DNA of 64,000 nt. Source: Podarcis bocagei (taxonomy: Eukaryota). Positions 50,101 to 57,800 of the stretch are shown here, piece after piece; position 1 is the stretch's first letter; every line of letters starts with the position of its first letter. Location of the stretch: assembly GCA_964188305.1 (NCBI GenBank), contig OZ076888.1, one strand, 5' to 3'. The position numbers were made by a program, and so were the translations under genes. The notes under the pieces were generated by a model, which made no database searches, was not told the origin of the DNA, and saw only the letters and a list, made by a program, of their open reading frames with translations.

Positions 50101-53100
50101 GAGTTACTGAAGAAAGAAAGGCAGTACTGATTACCATACTTTTAAAAATAAAACTAAAGGAAATATTTTAGGTTTGCAAATTCGCTACTTTATTATTAAT
50201 ATGTTATCCAAGGAAATTTAGCTTAAGTAGCATGCTTCTAGATGCTAGAATGTATTTGCTCATAGACTTTATCAGAATAGGTGAGTGGTAGAAGATACAA
50301 AACATTACACTTCTTTTATGTTTTAGTGGATCTGCAGAGACTCCATAAGCTAATGACTGGACTTGCAGATTACTGCAGTTCTCAGAATGATTACAGTTTC
50401 AAGCCAAAAGTTGGTGAACCCTGTTGTGCCAGATTCACAGGTGAAAAAATGAAAAAGTGTGTGTGTTTGTGTATTAGAAAATGTTAAGATTACTTCATAA
50501 AAAGGAAAATATTTTAATTACTTTCTTAAAATGTCTAAAATAAGCCTATAGAGCTCGTAGTCTACAAGAGGGAGGTGATGGCTGAATTTCACACTATCAT
50601 GTTTAAAATAGGTAACTCCCAGTTTCTTGCATAACAGCTTAGTTGGATAAAATGGTATCACAGGAAAGAACCATTTTCTTGGGTAGTATACTATGGGTAA
50701 TATGGTGAAGACCTTATTATCAAGTTGTAACATTTACTACTACAGTAACTGAGTGACCACCCAAATGGATTATACATACAGCCCTTCAGTAATCTGAAGC
50801 ATCTAATTCTTTTTTGGGGGCACGGAATTTGACAGCATACATCCTCGCTTCTTTCTCTGGGTCCGATGAATCAGTTGCCTCCTTAGGAGAAAGATAGTCC
50901 AGAGTTGGGTTGCTAAAAAAGGAACAGCATCTTTAATTGGTGTGGCTGTCTCTAACTCTGTAGAGATCTCTTCTACCCTGGTGGGAATAACATAAGGAGT
51001 AGCGGCCATACAACCAAGACTTGAAAATCCCTATTGCTGTTTTCATCTATGTACTGATAGAGCAATAGACACATGTCCAGAACTACAGTGATAGTATTTC
51101 AGCATTTAGGGGCACTTTGTCTAGGTTCAAACTAGGGAGGCATGCTATTCACTCTGCAGTCTTTTTAAATCTTTTCTGGCCAAGTGGTGTGAACTTGTAA
51201 TGTAAATTCCTCACAAGTAAGCTGACTTTTCTGGTTGCCAAATAATGTGAATCAAGCGGTATCACATCATCTAAAGGCAGTCCAGTGAATCATAATTTCC
51301 AAATCTCCTTAAGTTGTGAAAATCTAGCTTTTAGGGAAATGCTTACTGGTTTCAGGTTTAAGAGAAATCTCTTTTAAGCAGGATATACAGTTTCACATAA
51401 TGGTAAGCCTCTTAAAACGTAAAATGGTAAGTCTTAAATTTTGTTCACTTTTTTAGGTGATGACACTTGGTACCGTGCTGTCGTTCTGGAAGTTTGTGTA
51501 TCAGAAGTCAAAGTGGCATATGCAGACTATGGAAATGTGGAAATGTTGCCATTATCTAGGCTTCTACCTATAACTGCCCCCTACTTGGAACTACCTTTTC
51601 AGATACTCAAGTGTTCCATTGCAGGTAGCAAACCAGCTAGAGCAATTTGTCAAAAAACCAAATGCCTTAATATGAATATATATTCACATGTATACAGAGC
51701 CTTGAATTTTAATGTGTTAATAAGCAGTGCTAATGTTATCTTGTAATTTTCTTGTGGAAATCCCTTGGAGAATAAAAGTGGAATGTAAATATGAAATTAA
51801 AATTGTCAAATGTTCCATAGGGCACATGCCAGAGGTAAAAGCAGGTGGAAACATAAATGTTTCCTTTGACTGTAGGGTAGTTTTGCACACATTCAACCAC
51901 TCCTCTATCCTCCAACCAGGCAAGCAAGAGGCATTATCAAAGTTTCAAGGGCACATTCCAGCTAGGCAGAAACACTGGCTGAGGAAGAGGTGGGGCCTGG
52001 ATAGATCCTAAGCGCCAGACAGAGGACTAGAAGGGCCACAGTTGGCCTTGAGGTCTGAGGTTCCCCACCCCTGTCTTAAAAACATTGCAAAAACTATTCA
52101 TGTGGTGGCAGAGTTCATGTGCAAGAAGGATTGCAAATGTATTTTAATATAAACGGAGTATTTTTCATTATTTTAATGGCACTGAGTATTTAAATATGAA
52201 CAGAGTAGTTTTCATTATTTTAATGGCACTGATTTTAAGAAAAGCAATGTAAACTGTCAGATTTATAAGCACTAGAATTGTAAACTGTCAGTAGCATAGA
52301 TTTGAATTTAAGGTTTATTTGTATTCTAGGAATTATGGAACTGGATGGAAAGTGCTCCATCTTAGCAGCAGAGAAGCTGAAAAGTTTTTTACTGAATGAG
52401 TGTGTGACAATTACAGTGAAAGGAGTTAATAAGAATATTCATATAGTAACTGTCAAAAAGAAATCTGGAACTAATACTATGAATGTAGCTGATGAACTAG
52501 TAATCGAAAACTCGGCAAAAGATAGCAAGATTGAGAATCGTAAGTAATTTACCCTGAGGTAATTTCTTGCTAAAATGTAACCCACATACTTATTATAAAG
52601 ATTTGAAAAGTTTGTTACCACATAACACAAATTTTTAGTCGGTACTTTATTTTACAAAATTGGAAATGCCTTGCTATGGGCAGCCTTATTGCTGTTCAGT
52701 GGTGTTACAAGAAGCTATATAATTTGTTTTTCTTTCAGGATGTGTAAAGAACACTAAGTGCTGTTGTATGGAGCTGAGAAAGCAAGTAAGTTTCAATTTG
52801 GAGTTGAAGCTCTCTTTGTTTCCAAATCCTGATTGCTTGCAGAGCCAATGCAAGTTTGTTTTATTTTGGTATTTTGTATCCACCTTCAGACCAGATCTGA
52901 TCCGCCCATGACGCGGGGTGAAGCGCTTGCCTCAGGCAGCAGAAGTGCCCGAGGCGGCGCTCCACCCACCCCACCACTTCTGCCACTGAGAAGGAGGTGT
53001 TCTGGCTCACAGCGTTGCTGCTGTCAGCCAGAGAAGTCAAGTGAGCAGCACCGTGGATCCTGCTGAGTTTGGCAAGAGCCAAGAAATTCCTGCATGCCAT

Positions 53101-54094
53101 TTGTGGCTTGGCAACTCTTAGAGGAGCACCTTGGATCCTGCCAAGTTCAGCAAGAGCCCGGGCACAGCAGTGGCAGAAGTGGGGTGCCATGGGCAGGAGC
53201 AGGAGGCAGCAATTCCCATTTTGCCTCAGGTGGTGAAACAAGACAGGCTGCCCCTGTTCAGACTGCATCATGGATGTTGAAGAGGTAGCAAGACTGTCAG
53301 TTATGGAAACATCAGACACTGGTATAAAACATGTTTTTTAAGAGGTTGCTGCCCAGCTCACTTTATTCTCCTAAATAAAACTTAAGCATTTGTTTTCTAG
53401 CTGAAATTTGGATGGCAAACAATATTGACTTCAAAATGTTACTGTATTTCATCAGCTTTCCAACTGATTTTCAGTATATTTCAGTTCATTTTGAGAGATG
53501 AGTTTGGATCCAAAAGCTCCCTTCTGACAGAAGGTGCATTTGCATTCAACCTGAGATCATGATGTAGATAGGTTTGAGTATTACAAACTAGTTAGCTTAG
53601 GTTTTGCTAAGTGTGCTTTTTCTTGCTTTTTAGTATGTGTGTTGTGTGCTTGCTTATTTTTTCCATTTTTTGTTAGGAGTGTTTTATAATAATAATAATT
53701 TATTATTTATACCCCGCCCATCTGGCTGGGTTTCCCCAGCCACTCTGGGAAGCTACCCATGTTTGGTTTTGTTGATGTGTGCATTTTGCTGGCCTTGCCT
53801 GTTTGTGGGGAGGGTTCTAATTGTTCTAATTTATTTTTTTGACTTTGTGTGTGGCAGGAATACCTCTTTTTTGTTTTTGGTTGGGTCCTTTCACTGAGCA
53901 TTACCAGTTTTACCTGTTGTGAAATGCACCCCCCAGACTTAAAACAAAATTGTTCCATTATAATGGCTGTTTTTTCTACCCTTTCATAGGTTACAAAGCT
54001 TGAACAGATTATTTATTTTCTCCTAAAAGATCGCTTTGGTGAAGAAAAAGTTCCTGAAATGATAAAGCTCTTTGAAGAACCTGTGCTGGAATGA
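28853..54094 (+). CDS. TDRD1: TDRD1 (Tudor domain-containing 1; germline piRNA-pathway scaffold), complete CDS in 24 exons, 3420 nt = 1139 aa
   Basis: All exons are GT-AG with matching phases. Domains: MYND finger (CHFC...CTRC...[18 protein letters not shown]) and four Tudor cores (WYR...(Y/F)xDYGN). The C-terminal [11 protein letters not shown] segment matches recalled vertebrate TDRD1. Synteny with CCDC186. Confidence 0.95.
29464..29660 (+). mobile_element. Short retroposed insertion (probably an L1 3'UTR fragment)
   Basis: 18-bp TSD AGAAAATCAACCATTACT at 29446-29463 and 29661-29678; T-rich body ending in AATAAA. Confidence 0.75.
30071..30135 (+). CDS. TDRD1: TDRD1 coding exon 2
   Basis: 65 nt, ttgtag|...CCT|gtgagt; bridges phase 1 to 0 without a stop. 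Confidence 0.7.
30360..30480 (+). CDS. TDRD1: TDRD1 coding exon 3 (start of MYND finger)
   Basis: 121 nt; ...[11 protein letters not shown]. Confidence 0.85.
31094..31199 (+). CDS. TDRD1: TDRD1 coding exon 4 (MYND finger)
   Basis: 106 nt; [35 protein letters not shown]. Confidence 0.95.
31474..31697. mobile_element. Tigger-like MITE
   Basis: TA|CAGTCATACCTC...GAGGTACCACTG|TA; related to 3936-4173. Confidence 0.9.
31875..32193 (-). mobile_element. L2-type LINE 3' fragment
   Basis: (TTTA)-rich tail followed by TATACACCACCC...CCCAGGGCAGTGTACAAC, typical of squamate L2 ends. Confidence 0.55.
33573..33624 (+). CDS. TDRD1: TDRD1 coding exon 5
   Basis: 52 nt, phase 2 to 0; [17 protein letters not shown]. 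Confidence 0.8.
34968..35069 (+). CDS. TDRD1: TDRD1 coding exon 6
   Basis: 102 nt; ...[19 protein letters not shown]. Confidence 0.88.
35759..35935 (+). CDS. TDRD1: TDRD1 coding exon 7 (extended Tudor 1)
   Basis: 177 nt; [15 protein letters not shown]...[17 protein letters not shown]. Confidence 0.95.
36441..36787 (+). mobile_element. Sauria SINE, full length
   Basis: tRNA-like head with GGTTCAAATCC B box; TSD TAGAGGGATGAAG at 36429-36441 and 36788-36800. Confidence 0.93.
38118..38261 (+). CDS. TDRD1: TDRD1 coding exon 8 (Tudor 1 core)
   Basis: 144 nt; [11 protein letters not shown]...[16 protein letters not shown]...PPC. Confidence 0.96.
38546..38717 (+). CDS. TDRD1: TDRD1 coding exon 9
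   Basis: 172 nt; [17 protein letters not shown]...[10 protein letters not shown]. Confidence 0.95.
39586..39672 (+). CDS. TDRD1: TDRD1 coding exon 10
   Basis: 87 nt; [15 protein letters not shown]... Confidence 0.92.
40366..40542 (+). CDS. TDRD1: TDRD1 coding exon 11
   Basis: 177 nt; ...[26 protein letters not shown]. Confidence 0.93.
40884..40991 (+). CDS. TDRD1: TDRD1 coding exon 12
   Basis: 108 nt; [13 protein letters not shown]...[12 protein letters not shown]. Confidence 0.96.
41183..41354 (-). mobile_element. Degraded tRNA-derived SINE with CR1-like tail
   Basis: GGGATTGAATC...CCACTGAGCTACAGCCCTTCC is a reversed tRNA-like head; GGAACATA-type tail. Confidence 0.55.
41360..42720 (-). 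mobile_element. Ancient fragmented L2 LINE
   Basis: Minus-strand peptide [11 protein letters not shown]...[17 protein letters not shown] resembles the L2 post-RT motif; interrupted by smaller repeats; boundaries approximate. Confidence 0.6.
43333..43503 (+). CDS. TDRD1: TDRD1 coding exon 13 (Tudor 2 core)
   Basis: 171 nt; [11 protein letters not shown]...GYVDYGNIE...QAIKCTLA. Confidence 0.96.
44363..44617 (+). CDS. TDRD1: TDRD1 coding exon 14
   Basis: 255 nt; [12 protein letters not shown]...[14 protein letters not shown]... Confidence 0.95.
44923..45045 (+). CDS. TDRD1: TDRD1 coding exon 15
   Basis: 123 nt; ...DWSRVTL...[18 protein letters not shown]. Confidence 0.93.
45446..45686. mobile_element. 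Tigger-like MITE (different subfamily)
   Basis: TA|CAGCAAAACCTCGG...CCAAGGTTTGACTG|TA. Confidence 0.85.
45931..46041 (+). CDS. TDRD1: TDRD1 coding exon 16
   Basis: 111 nt; [17 protein letters not shown]...GDVCCAYFS. Confidence 0.95.
46958..47128 (+). CDS. TDRD1: TDRD1 coding exon 17 (Tudor 3 core)
   Basis: 171 nt; [12 protein letters not shown]...[11 protein letters not shown]...[11 protein letters not shown]. Confidence 0.96.
47645..47899 (+). CDS. TDRD1: TDRD1 coding exon 18
   Basis: 255 nt; [13 protein letters not shown]...KIQARVV...VELIDNS... Confidence 0.95.
48821..49161 (+). mobile_element. Sauria SINE, full length
   Basis: Similar to 36441-36787; TSD TACTAAGGATCACAAT at 48805-48820 and 49162-49177. 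Confidence 0.94.
49642..49752 (+). CDS. TDRD1: TDRD1 coding exon 19
   Basis: 111 nt; [32 protein letters not shown]. Confidence 0.9.
50327..50440 (+). CDS. TDRD1: TDRD1 coding exon 20
   Basis: 114 nt; [16 protein letters not shown]...[14 protein letters not shown]. Confidence 0.95.
51457..51624 (+). CDS. TDRD1: TDRD1 coding exon 21 (Tudor 4 core)
   Basis: 168 nt; [12 protein letters not shown]...[12 protein letters not shown]...[11 protein letters not shown]. Confidence 0.96.
52330..52539 (+). CDS. TDRD1: TDRD1 coding exon 22
   Basis: 210 nt; GIMELDGK...NVADELV...; donor AATC|gtaagt. Confidence 0.92.
52739..52785 (+). CDS. TDRD1: TDRD1 coding exon 23
   Basis: 47 nt; [16 protein letters not shown]. 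Confidence 0.9.
52892..53256. mobile_element. GC-rich non-autonomous hAT-like element
   Basis: CAG...CCCCTG ends flanked by the direct repeat TTCAGAC. Confidence 0.6.
53990..54094 (+). CDS. TDRD1: TDRD1 terminal coding exon
   Basis: 105 nt to TGA; [34 protein letters not shown]. Confidence 0.9.
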   Translation, partial: VTKLEQIIYFLLKDRFGEEKVPEMIKLFEEPVLE

Positions 54095-56299
54095 ACAGCA
54101 TAGTATAGTTGTTGAGTACTGTTGAAATCCATACTGTTCACTCTAACCTAAGCCTGTAATCTTAAACTATTTAGTTGAAAATACATTCTGTTGACATGTC
54201 AGAATGTAACTACTTAAGTACATAAATCAAGGTTTATTTCCTGTCTTGCATTTTGGATTGCATGCTTGCCTTCAGATGATGGTCTGGGCAGTGTTTGTTT
54301 TCTTTCTCTCATCCCTTATCAGTGTAACCAATTGCATCTTTATCATTATTCAAGTTGCAAAGATCAGCTTTCTCTGTGTTGATCTGATCAGAAGTTTAAA
54401 GGCATGATGCCTTCTGGATAGAAGGATTTTTACTTCAATCTCTTAAGAAATTATTCAGTCTAGACACGACAATTCATTTAAATCTTCGTCCCCATTAAGT
54501 AGCCCATAAAGGCCTCAATTATTTGGCTTAAAAATCTGTATTTAAGTTTCTTATGTGTCTAATTTTAAAATGGCTTTTCAGAAGTATTTAGGACTTCACA
54601 GAAAGAAATAGATTTGTTTAGTTATTGTAGCTAGTAGAATTGTGGGTTTGTTTGTTCTTTTCCTTTTTTGAACCCTTTTTCCTTTTGGGGAAAAATGTAT
54701 GTTGATTCTCTTTGTTTTTATTACCGGTATTTATTTTATTATTTATTATTATTTACTACTGCTAAACTCGCCCAGTCTGCAATCCTCACCCCTCTCCTGA
54801 TGATGATGTGCTGGGAAGGATTAGGATGGTGTGTGTTTAGGTGCAGAGACTGCTGCTGAATCTGGCAGGTGACAACTTCCTGCCTCTGGTTCTCCCACTG
54901 TTGATAGTTAGACAAAACCCTGTTTCAGGTTGGAGGTAGGTGATGGAGGCTTTGGATATGGGATACAAAGCAGGAGTGGTCCCCTAAAGGACCCAGTTCC
55001 CAGGCACTGTTGAGTCAACTCAGTGGATGCAGCAAAAAGCAGGAGAAACTGCTCTTCCCCCACCCCCTTGCTGTCAGATCTTCATATGCAGCTGCAGGTT
55101 GGAATTGCTCAGTTAGTCCTATTGGTCACAGTGAGATTTACTTCTGAATAAACATCCATAAGATTGTGCTGTGAATCTTCTTTACATCAAAACATTTTAC
55201 TCTTGAGCCTGTTTGTGCATGGCCTTCAATCACAGAGAAGTGCAGCTCTGAATTGATCATACACTTCACGTTGTGACTAGGTTACTAGCAAAGGCTAGAA
55301 TTTAAATGTAACTACACAACTTCTGCAGATGAACAAGGTCCATGATCACTTAATTTATTTAGTCCTCAGGATAAGATTACGCTGAAGCCTGCTACAATGG
55401 GATCTGCCAGCAGGTGGTAATAGCCCACTCATATAGTTACAGAGTGTTACCTGTTCTCTGGTCTCTCAGCTGGTGGGCCCCTGTCACAAGGCAGGGAGCT
55501 GTGCTACATCTAGGTCAGTGGTTCCAAACATTTTGCCACACACACCTGAGTCTTTGTACACCAGTTAATAGTTTTTCTGCCTGTTGTAGCAGTTGTAATA
55601 TGCTGTACTAGATGCAGTCAAAGCTTTAATTGTAGTTTATTTGCTGCGGCTGTTACTCACTTATTGCCTGTTACTGTATTGCAATCTGAATTCCATAGAA
55701 TTCAAACTATAATAGACTATAAGAAAGAAAAGCAATTGAAATACAATTAAGAAGCAGAGTGAATGCTTAATTTGATTATGCCCTATCTCCTGTCTTCAGC
55801 CACCGCAGACCACCATTGTGAATCCCTAATCAAAATGGATGCAAGCCTAACAGTTTGAGAACCCTTTTGGCTTATTCTTTCCACAGCAATGAAGGCGCTT
55901 TCTAGGAGTAAATGTATAAAGGTTCAATAAGCATCTTGGGAGACTATGCATGCATTTATGTATGAGCCATGGGATGATTGGGGATTTGAGAATTGTGGCT
56001 GTAGTTCATGATAACATACTTGCGGGGACATGAGACTGGGATAACTCCATCAAACGTTAGCCAGTGTTTGGTAAATGGAAAACAAGTCAATTTCCTTAGA
56101 ATCAACTCCAACATTAGTCGAGATAGAGCCCACACCACAGGCAATGAATGAGGGAAGCACTTTAAATCCACGTTGTCTATGAGGACATGCTTTGCCCCAG
56201 CAGCCTGAAAGGGAAGCAAAGTAGGGTGGGTCTGTGCCCCCAGTCTCCTCTGGCTTTAGCTCTGACCCCAGTGTGTAATTGCTTGTTGACATTCCTGGC

Positions 56300-57400
56300 C
56301 CGCATTCCTCACCTTAAAGGTACATTCCTCTGGGTCAGGAAGCCACCCGCCCCGCCGCTCCTTTGGGAAGCGCCTCCCTCCCACTCTCGACGTTCAAATG
56401 GGCAGCAGCTGGAGTTCCGCCCGAAGCCTCGAGGTTGGCTTGGTTTGGAGGGCGAGGGGGGGCGTCGATCAGCGCGTCATTCGCACCTCCTTCCGCAGGC
56501 ACCCGGTCAAAAGTGTGCACGGGGCGGGAGGCGGAGGTTAGGAGGGGAAGAAGGGGCTTTCCTGGGATCGCCTGGCTGCCCGCTCGTAGTCCAGGATCGG
56601 TGCAAGCGCAACAGCCGTCGGAAAGCGTTAAGGCGCTTCGGCGATCGCAACAGCTGTCTCTGCGCCTCGCCGGAGGAGAGAATCTGCCCCACGGCCACTA
56701 TTGGGGGTGAGCGGCCGATGCAAGATTTGCCTGCGCTGCAGCGCAGTCCGTGACTTAGAAAGGGGAGAGAAAAGGACGGCTAGGTGTAGAGAGCACCTGG
56801 GGGTGGAGGGATAAAACTTGACCTCGCCTTGCAAAGATTGCTCTGCTCTTCCATTGCTTCCGTCTGGGGATCCGCAAGGGAAGCGGTAAGTTCCACGAGC
56901 GCCTCGTTCGCGATTTGCAAAGGGAGCCGCGAGTTTACAGTAGGGAGGCTGAAAACCCTAAGCAAAAATAAAATGAAAGCTGCGTGCAGGGTCAGAGCAA
57001 GGGGGACACCGCGCATGGTTCGGCCCTGCGCTCAGCAGCTTGGAGATCTGTGGCGCAAAGCAAGCGGCGCTTCGGGGACAGAAATCCGGCAGACCCATCC
57101 GAGGAAGGAGAGAAGTGAATGCCCCGGACGGTCCTGGCATTGGGAAAGCAAGCGCAGAAGTAGCAGAGGGCGAGCCTGCCGGTGGAGTTTGAATTTCAGC
57201 ATCCTTTCCCTTTCGATCCGCAGCAATGCATTTGGGCGCTGGGACTCCAGGAATTGCTCTTTGAAATGAGGGCGCCTCCCGCACCAGCGCCTGAAGACGC
57301 GCAACGGTCCGAACGCAGCTGTTGGCACGTTTTGCAACTTTTAGGGGGGGAAACTGCGCAACGTAGGGCGGGGTGGGGGCTTCGGGAGTCTTGCACCATC
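56300..57400. promoter_or_regulatory. CpG island, probable promoter/first exon of the next gene (VWA2 expected by synteny)
   Basis: Dense CpG, GC boxes, plus-strand donors GG|gtgagc (56706/56707) and CG|gtaagt (56885/56886). Gene identity rests only on the recalled CCDC186-TDRD1-VWA2 order; no VWA2 coding exon was identified. Confidence 0.65.
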
Positions 57401-57429
57401 TCTCAGCCCACTCAGTGTTTATAACAGTT

Positions 57430-57800
57430 GTAGATTTTCACGGAACTAAAATATCATGAAACAGTTCTCAAACTTTCAAGTTCTCCAGAACTCTTCTGCA
57501 AGACTTGGGTATGAAGCATGGGCGTAGCCAGGATTTGTGTTGAGGTGGTGGGGGCACGACACTCACCTTCCATCTTCCTCTCTCTCTTTTAAGTATGTAT
57601 GTATGTATGTATGTATTTGATTGATTGATTGATTGATTGGCAGCTGTCCTGCCTTCTCCTCCCATGGTATGAAGCAAAATGGGCAAAACCCCAAGAGTTT
57701 GCAGTCCCAACTTCATTAACATGCTGCCTTAAAAAGAGTTCTGGAGAACTTGAAAGCTTGATCACTATTACATTGTATTTGCCCCCAGAAAGATACTACT
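57430..57800. mobile_element. Penelope-like derived inverted-repeat element
   Basis: Perfect 23-bp inverted repeat at 57473-57495 and 57734-57756 (AAGAGTTCTGGAGAACTTGAAAG); family assignment from recall. Confidence 0.6.
57517..57666. mobile_element. 150-bp hAT MITE containing a compound (ATGT)n(ATTG)n microsatellite
   Basis: TIR CATGGG/CCCATG; 8-bp TSD GTATGAAG at 57509-57516 and 57667-57674. Confidence 0.8.

Noticed and set aside
56187-57424. Long ORFs (188, 146, 115 aa) in the second CpG island as VWA2 or a novel gene
   Set aside because: No signal peptide or VWA motif; consistent with GC-driven spurious ORFs
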